DNA from: the human T2T-CHM13v2.0 reference genome, Homo sapiens
Assembly (NCBI RefSeq): GCF_009914755.1
Contig: NC_060942.1
Strand: one strand, 5' to 3'
DNA: 64,000 bases
How positions within the stretch are numbered: the stretch's first letter is position 1; each line of letters starts with the position of its first letter. The notes beneath the pieces were generated by a model. That model had not been told where the DNA came from, ran no database searches, and saw nothing but the letters and a program-made list of their open reading frames with translations. The position numbers and the translations under genes are program-made. This document shows, piece by piece, positions 14,050 through 27,085 of this stretch.

Positions 14050-15015
14050 GAGACCAAAAAATGTTTCTGAAAATATAAATATCATGGAAGATTTTTTAAA
14101 AATCCTTAAACAGCTTAAAATATAAACATGATAATAAGAGATGAAAACTATAAGAGTAGAGATAATAAAAGAGCAATCTATGAATGCAAAAATCTAAAAG
14201 TAGACATTGAAATAACAGATGATATGCAAAGACACACTAAATCTATCAAAGAAATAATGCAACAAACTGTCACAGTGCTGAAATACATTCATTTTCAGAT
14301 TGAAAGAACTTTCCATGTGCCATGCCACCCTTTCTTCTGCTAAAATGACCCACATCAAGCACATTATTACAAAAGTTCATAATAAAAGGTATACAGAAAT
14401 ATTATTATAAGCTGATGTAAAGGATCTAAAATCAAAAATAGTAATAGAATATAATTAAAATGTAATTTCCAAATTCATTGGAAAATTATTTCAAACAGAA
14501 TTTTATATCAAATATGAGCATGAAATTTTTTATATACAGGATCTCAAACATAATTGTCTGTCATGAATTTATTCAAGATTATACAGAAATATGTGATAAA
14601 TAAAAAAGATTATTTAGAATACGAATGATAGTTTAAAAGAGCCCTGGATGATAAATGAAGATCAAACCTATAAAGCAACAAGATGGACAAAGGACGAATC
14701 ATAGAATCCAACACTATAACATTCACTGTTGATATGACATGAAGTTATAACCTATCTCCATTTGGAGAAAAAAAGGAGGATGTCTGTAGAGATGCAAGGT
14801 CAAGGGAATATAAATCAAATAAATATAGTCATTAATGCCAAATTAAATAGCTAATATCCTTGATACTATGTCTTTTGTAGTGTGAAATTCAGGAAGTGAA
14901 GGGATTGGGATAGAGGATTTTGATTTTCATTAAATCTTATAGATGTTTTGACTCCTTAAATTATGTGTGACTCCTTAAATTATGTGCATATAGATTTTTT
15001 AATAAAAATAATTTA
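14050..15015 (+). mobile_element. HAL1-like (half-L1) remnant
   Basis: ORF1-like tract aaagaaataatgcaacaaa ... ttcagattgaaagaac ... gacccacatcaagcacattatt, with a HAL1-like 3' end and A-rich tail; heavily diverged. Confidence 0.5.
14949..14986. repeat. Perfect 19-bp tandem duplication
   Basis: tgactccttaaattatgtg x2. Confidence 0.95.
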
Positions 15016-15409
15016 AAACATTGTAGATACCTTTGATAATTAGAAAGATTATAAAGTAGTCTGGAAAAGCTCATAGAAGATGACCTCATTAACACATAAC
15101 AAATACCTAAGCTGTGATGTTCTTCTGTTGAACATAAATTATTTCACAGAACATCATTATAGAACCAGAGGTACTCTATAAATATAGTGGATAGAAACAA
15201 GTTCATTATAAAACCATATCAGAGTATAGAGAAAAATAAGAAAACTGTGAAACCAACAAAAATTACCAATGAGTGACTGCTTCTTCTTTACTAATGACAG
15301 CTTTAGCCATGCTCTTTCCCTCCCATCTTCTAATTCAAATTATTAAGTTACACAAGTCTTCGTCTTTTTGACAATTTTTGTCTTGGATTAACATTTAAAA
15401 CCACATAGG

Positions 15410-16390
15410 GGGAAATTTCTGCTTCAACTTAAGATGTAGTATAAGAGACAAGATTCGTGATCTCATCCAGAGCAAACAAAAAACATATAAAATATATGAA
15501 GCAATGGTTTTAAGACACTGGTATCAGGCAATGAAGGACTCCGTTCCCTGAGAAAGAAGACACAAATGAAGTGAATCTGATGACTGCCAGCTTATGGCCT
15601 TGATAGAAGTTCCAGGAAGAGGAATAGGGAGGGAAAATCTAGACTAAATGCAACAGGTTACCTATGGAGATAAATCTAAAAGTCAGAGGAAAACAAAGCA
15701 GCTCGAGTTCACAGGGCAGAGTATACGGATGGGGAGTGTAAAATAGAGAGAGAACGCCTTCACCATAAATACTCAGTTCAGTGCATGGGTGAGAGGTAAT
15801 TACCCAAAGCCAAAGATGGAACAACTGAAAAGGACTAGAGGTAGCAGCAGCTGGCACTGACACAGGGCTAAGAAGAATGCCTGTTCCCATCAGGTAGACA
15901 GAAAACCTTAGAATACATAATGCCTTGAGTAGAATAATAGAGAGTATATGTCAGGAGTGCAAAATAATCAGGTTTATATTATGTATTCTCAACAGGGAGT
16001 GAAAATTGGTTTTTGGGAATCAAGAAAATCTCAGTAATCACAATATTTTATATACCTTTAAAGAACGACAATTATAAATTGAATATACCCAAATCTGTGG
16101 CATTAAAATTTCATGGGAGAAAAGTGATTGGGGGAAAAATCTAAAAAGACTTTTAAAAAGCTAATTTAAAAAATTTTAAGAAACACTGTTCTTACATTTA
16201 TCATTTTAATCTCAGCTAACAAATCTTAAAAGAAAAATTGGAATGATTTAAACTGTTTTAAGTAATTTGCTTTCCGCAGTAAGGCTTAAGAATATTACAG
16301 GAATGCAAAAATATTCAATGCACAATAATAAAAATTTTACAATATCTGCCATCAATAAAAGATTACCAGGCATGAAACAGAGTAGAAAAA
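15410..16390 (+). mobile_element. Old L1M 5'-end-type sequence
   Basis: aaaatatatgaagcaatggttttaagacactgg, ccctgagaaagaagacacaaatgaagtga, gagttcacagggcagagta resemble L1MC/MD/ME 5' ends. Confidence 0.55.
15980..16188. mobile_element. hAT-Charlie-type non-autonomous DNA element inside the L1M 5' region
   Basis: Left (gt)attctcaacaggg and right aagaaacactg resemble CAGTGxTTCTCAA-type inverted ends; about 200 bp; exact family not assigned. Confidence 0.5.
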
Positions 16391-16399
16391 TTAAAATCT

Positions 16400-16995
16400 G
16401 GTCTTTAAAATACATTGTTAAGAGAATGAAAAAACAAGACAGCGACCGGGAAAATACATTTGCAAATCATATATTGGATAAAGAACTTCTATCCAGAATA
16501 TGTAAAAAATATAAAATACTAATTTTAAGAAAACAAATATTACAATAAAAAATGGGAAATTATTTGTACAGACACAGACACTTAACCAGACAGAGACTAT
16601 AGATGGATAGATCTAGGTAGATAGGTAAGTAGGTAGGTAGGTAGATCGATAAGGAATGGCAAACAAGCTAAGTACATAAACATATGCCAACAATTAATTA
16701 TTAGGAGATTTTAAATTAATATGACAATGAAAGACTAATACATTTAGAATGGCTAAAAATTAAAAAACTGACTATACTGAGTTTTGGGAAGATATAGAGA
16801 AACAGGAAATCTCATACAGTGCTGGCAGGAATGCAAAATGGTAAAAACCAATTTGGAAACCAATCTGACAGTTTCAAAAACATTAGATACAAATACTTAC
16901 ATACTATCATACTTAAATATGATCTATCCTCTGCACTGTAAGGCTTTACCCAATAGAATCGAATGCATATATTCATAAAAAGACTTGTACATAAG
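16400..16995 (+). mobile_element. Old L1M ORF2 3' region, left part of a split element
   Basis: ORF track KRMKKQDSDRENTFANHILDKELLSRI and ETGNLIQCWQECKMVK; contains a GATA/GGTA microsatellite at about 16598-16650. Confidence 0.75.
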
Positions 16996-18360
16996 ATTTT
17001 CAGGGATCCTGTTTATACAAGCATGTCTTGTATTGAATGATTTTGGCTTGTCTTAGGCATTGACATTTTCAGTATACCCTAGATATCCAGGATATCCTAA
17101 ATCTCAGGGTTATGTTTTTTTGACAAGTTACATAAATTCAGCAAAGTTTTTTTTTTTTCACCACAGTAGTCAGTGCTTAAATCACTTAAATTCCAAAACT
17201 ACTTTTTTTTTTTTTGTAATTTTGTAAACTTTTCAGTGGGTCAACCTGGATTATGCTCAGGAATTATCAGTAACATATGTACTCATGTGATCATCACACT
17301 CAATTTTTTAAAATTCTTGCAATGCTTGCTACTATCTATATTTTTATTTCTGTACATTTCAATGTCAAAGTGCCAAAGCACAAGTATAAATTCTGTGGTG
17401 AGTTTTCTGAACAGTGGATATTTATAAAAAAAAAAAAAAAGGAAAAACAAAAGCTCTTTTGAAGCTCTTAGTGAAACATATTCATTCACCTAATCTAATC
17501 TAATTCATTCATTAGATATTCACCTAATCTCAGAAACCATGGAAAGTCATACATAGACCAGCATATACTAACAGATAAGCATAAGAGAGGTACGATTTTC
17601 TCAACCAGGACCAGAAAAGTGATTTAAACGACATTTTTGATTAAGAGAAATCTAGATGAAGAAGATAAACCATCTGTGGCAAAAGATGTCATGGCTTTCT
17701 AAACTGTGTACCACCCTCAGTCTTTTAGCTCAAATAATTATTTAAGCATATTTTTATCAGAAGTATATTCTGAATACAAAAAGGCAAGCATATTTTCATG
17801 TACCAGGACAAAATGAACTTTAATAATGAATAACTATCATTCTCTGTATTCATGGCATAATCATAGGTACAAATAATTTCAATGCAGAAAAACGTTATAA
17901 ATCACTTGTAGATAAGGCCAGTAACGGTAGCAAATTTTTGCAGAGACTCTCCTAATAACTTTAGGGTTAATGAGAAAAACTACACTGTTAATGGTTGAGA
18001 TAAATAAAAATATTGACGGGTATTTGTGTGAAAGTACAATGTTTATTCAAAATTGAAGCAAGGCATGAATAATTCTCTTGAAGGTGTTGTACATTCTGCC
18101 CATGTTCTGCATAACGCCACTCACACAGCATCTGATGTCCTTTCTATTGACATTGAAATAATTGTCAAGAAATATTTTTACTTCATTTATGCTGTTTGAA
18201 CTGAGCAATTTATGAGTATTTGTACATTTTTTAGCATTTTGTAGTCTTGCATTCTGTTGTATTTTAAAAAAAGTTGGTCCTCTTTATCAAATTCAGAGAG
18301 CTGTTTATTTGAAGTATTAAATCTTGCTTTAATTCCAATGTCTTCCAAATATTTATTAAC

Positions 18361-18570
18361 TGTTTTGTTTTTGTTTTTGTTTCTTGGAGACGAGGTCTTG
18401 CTCGAAGTAGCTGGGACTACAGGCACACACTAATTTTTTATTTATATTTTTTGTTGAGACAGGGTCTCTCTGTGTTGCCCAGGCTGATCTTGAACTCCTG
18501 GCCTCAAGCCATCCTTTAGCCTCAGCCTCTTGAAGTGCTAGGATGACAGTTATAAGCCACTGAACCCAGT
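18361..18570 (-). mobile_element. AluJ-like element missing most of the right arm
   Basis: (TTTTG)n tail, gagacgaggtcttgctc jumps to aagtagctgggactacagg; left arm ttgcccaggctgatcttgaactcctggcctcaag. Confidence 0.85.
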
Positions 18571-18905
18571 GGGTTGACATTTAAAATAATCTAGTAATTA
18601 AAACCTATTACTTCTTATGCACAGTTTTCAATACCTCTTTAGAAATAAGATTATACAAATTGATAGAAAAGCAAATTAGATAATTCAAGTGCTGCATTAC
18701 TTAAAATAACTTGTTGAATGTGCTAAATAAATAATTTATTTTAAAAAACTCTTTAAATGTTAGGACTTTCTTTAAAAGGAAAAATGTTATTTATATATAG
18801 GAAAAGAAATTTCAACTTTAGTTTAAAAATTATTACAGCATTTGCCATAACTATTTTAAAAACAAATTTTAGCCCTTGAAAAGTTGATTATTTTAGCTGG
18901 ATGTT

Positions 18906-19014
18906 ACAGAAGGGAAACAAAGGAAATTATCACACATAGTGTTGATGAAGGGAATAAAAACAGAAGGGAAACAAAGGAAATTATCACACATAGTGTTGAT
19001 GAAGGGAATAAAAA
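18906..19014. repeat. Perfect 54-bp tandem duplication
   Basis: cagaagggaaacaaaggaaattatcacacatagtgttgatgaagggaataaaaa at 18907-18960 and 18961-19014. Confidence 0.97.
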
Positions 19015-19554
19015 TTAATAGCATGTTCCTTTTTTGACATTTAAAAAAGTCACTGATCAACAGGTGCAATATAATCCTGAGAAAAGAAACACAAGTTATT
19101 CCATGAATAATATATTTCGTGAGTCAACAAATCAAATTTGAAGAACAATTGTCAGATTTATTAATTTTATGCTAGAAAGGTTAGTATACCAACTTATAAT
19201 GCTAACGTTTGTGTTTACTCATTAGTGAATGTTCAATGAACAAAAGAACAAAAAAGATGGATGCAACCAATGGCAATGTAAATGGAACATACACCACAAC
19301 TGCAAAACATTTTATATACAAATTAAGCCAAAAAAAGAACATTTAAGGAGAGCAAAATCTTTAGGGAAAGAAAAATTAAATAAATCACTATGTAATTTAG
19401 ACAAATATAATTTGTTATAGATAAACAAGGAATAATTTTTAGAATAAGCATGGTATTATTGTTTTGTATAAGCATTTAGAAATAATTCAAATTTAATAAA
19501 GTACTTGCTTAAGGACCTTACTGTTTATTTTTATTTTCTAAAGATAGCAACATT

Positions 19555-20380
19555 ATTGGTATATGGATGTTTGTGACAGCTTTATTTTTAATAGTAGAAC
19601 CTGTCAATATTGCAGAAGTCCATTTGTTTAGTCCATTCGGGCTGCCTTAACAACATATCAAGGACCGGGTGGCTTAAACAACAGAAATTTTTTCTCACAC
19701 TTCTGAAGGCTGGGAGGTGTAAGATCAAGGTGCCAGACAATTTATTTCCTGGTAAGGGCTCTCTTCTTTGCTTGCAGACATCCACTTTCTCCATGAATAT
19801 GCAAATGGTCTTTCCTTTGCTCTCTCAAGGGAAGAGAGTGCTCTCTGGTGTCCTCTTTTAGGGACACTAATCCTATTGTATCAGGGCCTCTTCCTTATGG
19901 CCTTAATTTCTTCCTTAGAGTTCCTATCTCTAAATACAGCAATGCTGAGGGTTAAGGTTTCAACCTATAAATTTGCGGAGGGACACAAGTATTTAGTCCA
20001 TAACATGCATTGAAAGATAAATGGAAAAAGGACTGTGGCATAGTCATACTGCAAAATATTCTTTGGAACTCAAAAGAAGCTGTTAATACAGGCTATAACA
20101 TGGATGACTCTCAAAATAATTATGCTGCTGAAAGAAGTCAGGCAAAACATATGTATTATATTATTACATTTATATAAAAGTCTGGAAAGTGCAACTAATT
20201 TATGATAAAATAAGTAGATTAGTTGCTGCCTAGAAATGGGGAAGATGGTTGTTTGAAGTGTGGAAGGCAAGAATTATAGAGGAGCATGAGGAAGATTTTG
20301 TGATGGTGGATATATTCATCATTTCCATGACAGACTTTATTTGTTCATGCATAGTTATGCTACAATAAAACTGTTAAAAA
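19555..20380 (+). mobile_element. Old L1M 3' end (L1MD/ME-like), split by MLT1A
   Basis: gatgtttgtgacagctttatttttaatag ... gtccat [LTR] ... acatggatgactctcaaaataattatgctg ... caataaaactgttaaaaa. Confidence 0.7.
19624..20005 (-). mobile_element. MLT1A/MLT1A0-like MaLR solo LTR
   Basis: ttagtccattcgggctgcc, gggtggcttaaacaacagaaattt, aagatcaaggtgccag, ends ttagtccataaca; flanks tccat / tgcat (4/5 TSD). Confidence 0.85.
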
Positions 20381-22396
20381 ATCTTATGATGGCCACTGCC
20401 AACCCATGAGGCTCACTGTAAATATTGTTGCATAGAGCTGGAAGGTTTGGTCTCGCCTCTAATTGGGAAATACTGATCTTTTTTCCAAGTTCTAGAGATC
20501 CAATTCTGCGTAATCAGTGTCATTCTACTGTGCAAGTTCTCACTGGGTTAATTCTAAAACTGCACCTGTCCTTGGACAAACACCTGCGTTCTTCATGTTT
20601 TCTCCTTATTCTTAAATCATGTGATTCTTCCTGACTGGCATAATTTCACCAGGTACAGTTTGGATTTGCAGTAGTCGCTTTGGATAATTTTGAATATAAG
20701 CAAGATTGTTTTATTTGAGAGGTGCTCTAGACCAAAATGAGAAAAAAAAGTCAGACTGTTCAATTATCTGCATTCTTTAATTGGAATGAAGAAGCCTAAA
20801 ATTTCAAGTTGAACTCAAACATTGCTTCACCAAAGCATTCTTTAGTTAACACCAATGAAAATTGTGAAAACGTAAAACTACTTCATGTTGTCAATACATC
20901 CAAATCATGTTGTCCTTCTCTTATGTTATCTCCCCCCCTCCTTTTTTTCTCCTCTTGCTCTTTTTGAGCCAGAGGTACTACTTCAATGCCCCTTAAGAAT
21001 GCAGCTTGCACATGGAGAAGATATTGGCTGTTCTGTAGCCTTAGATCCTTGGGTCATTGTTAAAGAATCAGGACTTAAAATATAGTGTTATTGAAGAGTT
21101 TAGACTTATCATGGACTCAGATGCTCTAAACCCTGCTGACCTCTACCAATCAGAATATCTTTTGGTGAGCTTGGGTGATAAATTTAGGTTGAGAAAAACT
21201 AATTGTCACAATCCTGAAGATGATTTAAAGCTGCTGTATCTTTAAGAAACAATAATAGATGCAGAATACTATATATGCATGTATGTTATTTATAATATAT
21301 TTAACATATACAAACACATTCATCCTAAATAAAAAACAAACATATTATACAGATAAAAAATCATATCATTAGAATTCACATTTTCTGAGTTTTATCTGAC
21401 ACAAATCTTCTTATGGTGGTCATAACTTTTAATATCTCAATGTTAATATTTCTTGTCTCTCAAAAATGTAGTAAGAGAAAAAATAACTAGTATTATCCTA
21501 ATTTCTCTAAGTTGTTACAAAATTATGGTGAATGTGAAAACACATCATAAAGTTTTCAATAAAAATGTATGTAACCCTATAAAATGAAAGATAATAGTAT
21601 CATTTTAAGTGCAGTAGTAAACAAGTAGCACATAAGTAGCATTTATTTAACCACTAATTATGATTGCAACTCTTCTTGAAAAATAAGTATGTGTGTTTTC
21701 CACTCTGTATTTTTTACCATATTATAAAAATGTACTTGTATTTTCATTGTGTTCCAAATTCAAATTGTTACAAAAATCAATTTTTAATGTAATTTTGACA
21801 TAGAAATACATGTCAAATTAGTTTCTATTTCTGCACAGTAAAACTTTAAAACTTTTCTAGAAACCCATGGCTTCTTTTTCTTAACTCTCACCTTCTGTAT
21901 CTACACAGAGAATTCATCTTGACTTCTTAGGCATTTTTTTTCCTTCCGAATTTGTCTCTCTTTTCCTTTTCTGATCCATGGCAATTTCTTCGGGGCTTGC
22001 TCAGGTCATCTCCCAATGTTTAATCTTATAAGTCACCTCAAGAACTACAAATTTGTGCGATTCCTTTTGTCTGGATTCCTTTCAATGAAAGGGGGTCTTA
22101 TGCTTGTCAGTTTCTTTCTTCTCCCTGAGTATTCACTCCTGACCCCTTCCATTGAGTTTTAGGCCACACTGAGTTCTTCATTCTCTGTATTCTATTACCC
22201 TTAAAAATAGCATCTCACTCTTTGTATCTTAATTGGTCTTCACTTATTTTCTTCAGGTCTTTGTGGATGAAGAGACAATCTTTTATTTTGATCACTCGTA
22301 TTGTGCCTTAATATATTTTTGGATATAAAGTTTAGTTTTCAAAAATACTAGGTGGTTGTTGATTGCCTAACTTATAATTCTACATATATGCGTAAC

Positions 22397-22436
22397 AGTT
22401 ACTTAAAGCTACTTAAAGCTACTTAAAGTTACTTAA
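22397..22436. repeat. 10-bp tandem repeat x4
   Basis: agttacttaa agctacttaa agctacttaa agttacttaa. Confidence 0.9.
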
Positions 22437-23149
22437 ATAAATGAAGTACTTTATAGATACATATTTGATACAGTATAGATGCAAAGTTACTGAAAATTAT
22501 GTTTTAATGCCTACAGTATCAGCTACATCATAAAGAAATGAGCTCTTTCTGGCTGGTTTATATAGGAGTAAAATGCTGTCTGATAAGAATATTGAATTTT
22601 CAATAGTTAAACAAGGCTAGAGCAATGGAGGGCAGTCAAATTGGCTATAAAATACCTATTTAAAGAAGATATAACATACTAAATTATCTATAAACTACTA
22701 CTTAAATTTTATGTGCTAAATTATTTATTATTCTCCTTATAGAGATTTAAAGTCACCTTTGATCACCAAACCCAGTCCTGATCCTTATCCCATCACACAC
22801 AAATTTGCATACATAGCATACTCTTCAGAATGCTATGATCAGGTTTAATTTTATGCAATGTTACATGACATTGTAATTTATTTTTCATTAAAACAGGCAA
22901 CTATTGGTAAATGATAGGAAAGGAAATGTTTTAAAAGCAAGCTCCAGAACTGAATTTCAATTTGTTTAGGTATTAATAGCAAAAGTTTTAAGGATTTAAA
23001 TATACGTGTTTTAAAGAGAATCCAAAGCAAATATGAGTGTTACAAATATTAATATACAAGAATATATTATCTAAGGTGGAACAAACTACTATACATTTTA
23101 ATTAACCTTTCTACGTAGGTCCAGATCATTTGTATTTGCCACATTCTTA

Positions 23150-23280
23150 CAACTGCATTAATTAGGTTTTACAATTATATTGGTTTTACAGATGAAAAAT
23201 CTGAGGTCCAGAAAGTTTTAGTAACTTGGTCAAGGTTACATGGCTAGTAAATGACAGACCGAGGTCTTTAAACCAAACAG
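23150..23280 (-). mobile_element. MIR SINE
   Basis: ttttacagatgaaaaatctgaggtccagaaag ... taacttggtcaaggttacatggctagtaaatg. Confidence 0.75.
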
Positions 23281-23339
23281 CATGATGCTACAAATGGTTT
23301 GTAACTACTGTCTGATATTGTCTCCTATACATTGTCAAT

Positions 23340-23635
23340 GTTAACATTTACAGTCTCACAAGTTGCCAGGCTCTGTTATGAGTATATATGTATGTGTATA
23401 TGTTCACATATAAATTCACAGCAATGCTTTGGGATCGATCTTAGAAAATATATTTCAAGATATATTTTCTAGATTATCTAGAAATATATTTCAAGATTAG
23501 TGTAACCCTAATCTACAGATGAAGATGTGGAAACACAGAGATTAGTAAATTTCCTAAGTTTGCACAGATGAAGTGTGGGAAATTAAGATTAGAACCAAGA
23601 CTATCTTCCTGAAGTCCATTCTGTTAACCACTACA
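23340..23635 (-). mobile_element. MIR SINE with an internal micro-rearrangement
   Basis: tgccaggctctgtt ... tacagatgaagatgtggaaacacagagattagtaaatttcctaag ... ttaaccactaca. Confidence 0.65.
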
Positions 23636-24179
23636 ATAATATCTCATATAGAAAAAATACAAAAAAAGTCAAATGAGTTAGCATTGCTATGTTCATACAT
23701 TTATATTTATATTGTTTTACTATACAGTTTCTTACTGATCAATCTTCTTATTTCAATATGTTAATTAATTCTTCTACATTTTAAGAATCATTCAAATTTA
23801 ATAGTAAATACTGAGGACAATGAAGATCAGTTGACTGAATCACGACATAATATTGTCCTGAAAAGATGTGATTTTCTATCATTGGGATGCAAGATATTAT
23901 AATATTTCCTATTTGCGCAATAAAAATATCCAGCATTTCTATTTTAAGGACTCTGGAAATTTCATCTAAGCATCATTTTCAGTGACTGTTTTTGATCCAA
24001 AGCCTGTCAATTGTTACTTCAATAAACTGTTTTTGTGATGCCCCATGGTAAGTTACTTACAAGAGTGTGATCCTGAATAAACTATGGATTTTATGTTGTA
24101 CTGGGTTACTGATTTGCCTGGTCAACTTGAAGTGATTTTATTTTACTAGATTTTATTTGTATTTTTAATTGTCTAAGAT

Positions 24180-24286
24180 GAAAAGAAGGAAGGAAAAAAA
24201 AGAAGGAAGGGAGGGAGAAAGAGAGGGAGGAAGGGGAAAGGGAGGGAGGGAAGGAGGGAGGAAGGAGGGAGGAAGAAAGGAAAGAA
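24180..24286 (+). repeat. Polypurine (GGAA/GGGA)n low-complexity tract
   Basis: About 107 nt of only A and G. Confidence 0.95.
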
Positions 24287-24469
24287 CTTAAAGACGAAAA
24301 GAGAAACGCAAGTCTTCTTCCTGAGGTCAAAGGTTAGCTGCAAGTACTCTGTCTCAGATGATAATACACATTAACTTGAGCTTGTAGATAAAAAGGATTG
24401 GTGAGTACTAAAATGATGTAATGTTTTTAGGTTCCTGAAGATGACAGCAAAATGGAGGAGGCAGTTAAA

Positions 24470-24690
24470 AACAGTGAAGAAATGCTCAAACACTGAACGA
24501 AAGTACCTAATTCAAATCCCAGTTGTTCCGTTGATAAGGACACGACCTTTGGTAACCTTCCTACACCTCTCTTTACCTTCATTTTTACACCTGTAAAATG
24601 AGGATAATTATGATACTTTTATGAATTAGACTACACAAAAATATTGTTTATATTCGCCTCTGACCTATAGTAAGGACAGTATTAGCATTT
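24470..24690 (+). mobile_element. MIR SINE
   Basis: ttcaaatcccag ... gacctttggtaac ... ctgtaaaatgaggataat. Confidence 0.65.
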
Positions 24691-26849
24691 GCCATCAGTT
24701 ATTTGTATTTTTAAAGTTTTTATTTGATTATATGATATAGTATTTTACCAGTGGCTTTTATTTCAGCTATCTTGAAATATATTTTCTTAATTTTTAGTAG
24801 TAAATTGTTCAGTGGGGCCATTTTAAAATGACTTCCCAAACTAATAATTTAATAAATTTAAAAGAAACTTGCATTGATCTGTTTTAGTAATCTACATGCC
24901 TCCTGAATCAAAATGATACTTCTAAATTTTATTTTGTTTAAATGCTTATAGTAGCTCTTGCATAATAAAAAAACCTAAAAACAGAAAATAAAAACACACA
25001 AACAAAATAACAACAGAATACTTATGATTAATCCAGACTGAAATACCCACATTCTATCTCATTTTATACACATGAAGTTACAAACATAACTTTTTAATTG
25101 CCTATCACTAATATATCTAGACCATACAATTTGCAGAAATAATTTTAATTTTTTAATAAATCTTCTGACATAGCATCACCATTATGCTAAAATCTTGATA
25201 ATGTTTTTAAATCTGATTTTAGTTTATTTGACAGACAAGCATTGAAAACATATTTTTAATTAATGTAATCAATCTTTTTTTTTAACGTAAGTTGTGCTAA
25301 CTTTTCTTTGCTTGGAAGCATGATGATTATAACACTGGAAATCTCACCATGTCAGATGTCCTATTTAAGATCATGCTTAAATTGCAAATTTTAAAACACA
25401 GACATTTTGTTCATTTTGTGGTTATACTTTCCATTCCACCTCTGTGATTCAAAGCACATAAAAGAATAAGTGTTCACAATAGAAATGACAATAAACTTCC
25501 TCAAGCAGTACTGCCCTAAAAATTAAAGCAATAATAAAAAATTTCTCCCCAACTCACTGCATTGGCTTTTTAACCATGATTCATATAAGGAAACACACAC
25601 ACACACACACCCCAGATTAGAAGAAGAAGATATAAAATCTTCTTATATATGTGGGGGTAAACTTTTCTCATATTCTACTGCTTATGACAGTAAAATCTTT
25701 TGGCAATTTATCAAAAACTCAGTAAATTCTTGGACTGTAAGCAATGACATACAAACTTCCAAAGAGCCACAGAGGAATAGAACATTGAATTGTTTATATC
25801 CTGGAATGAAAACAAAAAAAAACAGCTAGTGAGAAAGAGTTCCAAAATATAAGGAAACATGTTATGAAAGTTAGCAATTTTTGTTGTATATGTATTTTTT
25901 CAAAGCACATACAGAAAATCTAGTCCACATGTAACATAAAATGTAATTGAGAACCACGCAATTCATTCATAGAGACATACATTTATTCATTTGTTTATTC
26001 ACCACACTCCCCACACCACATTCTTCCACTTTAAGATCTGGAGTTAGCAGAAGTGATTCCAACCTCACCACTTAGTATTATATAAACTTAAACTAATTAT
26101 TTGTGGTATCAGGACTTCATGCTGTTGTTAAGATTACATCAAGTCATGAATATAAAATAATTAGCACAATCTCTGATACGTAGCAAATGTTTATTGTATG
26201 TTGTTCAATTTTATTAATATTTCATGCATGTTGTTGATCCATATATGATGTGAATTGGGACCCTGATCACAAGCTGAGAAGACTATTATGGTATAAAAGG
26301 AAAATGCATAAATAATGGTCATGCAATGTAGAAAGTGGAAAAGAAGGGCATAAGAGAAATATAGAAGCATGTTCTAACTTTACAATTTAGAAACAATAGA
26401 ATACTTGTGGTATATAATATTTTTGACTTCTAATGTATAAATTTTTTCGCCTAAACTATATTTACCCTCTTCCTCAAAGGCACAGCTAAACATGACTCAG
26501 AACTTTTCTGATCTTATGTGGTCACCTACACTTTGTTGTTTAATGAAATATAATCTCATCAATCGGTTTACTCAACTTTATCAGAATAGACATATTGAAA
26601 ACTTCCAAGCATGGTTCAAAAGGCCCTATAGATTGTGCATGTTAATTAATTGAAAGAGAGTAGACAATTTCAATGTTAGTTGACTTCAATTTTTGACCAT
26701 TAGTAACATAAAACCCAAAGCTTTTTAATGACATGTCAATGGCCCAAATATTAATTAACAACAGGAAATCAGAATGTAAGTTTGCCAACTATTTCAAAGT
26801 TCCCAATAAACAGCATTATAAATATTACTAGGGACTCTAAATTACTAAA

Positions 26850-27085
26850 CTCAGAATCTTAAAGAGTCAGATTTCTTAGATACAAATTTCAGGTCCACAA
26901 CTTACTATCTGTCAGAACATGGGGCATTTGAATCACTCTTTGCCTCAATATTCACATCTAGAAAATGGTCATAAAATTATTATCAGTCCTTAGATTTGTC
27001 ATGACATTAAAATAAGACAATATATGAAAGTATTCTGGAATGTTCTGGCAGGATTTTAGCTCAAGAAATTTTAGTTATTATTATT
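26850..27085 (+). mobile_element. MIR SINE
   Basis: gagtcaga ... cttactatctgt ... tgcctcaatattcacatctagaaaatgg ... ttagttattattatt. Confidence 0.65.

Noticed and set aside
18907-22436. Tandem repeats as CRISPR-like arrays
   Set aside because: Head-to-tail copies with no unique spacers, in eukaryotic DNA with no cas genes.
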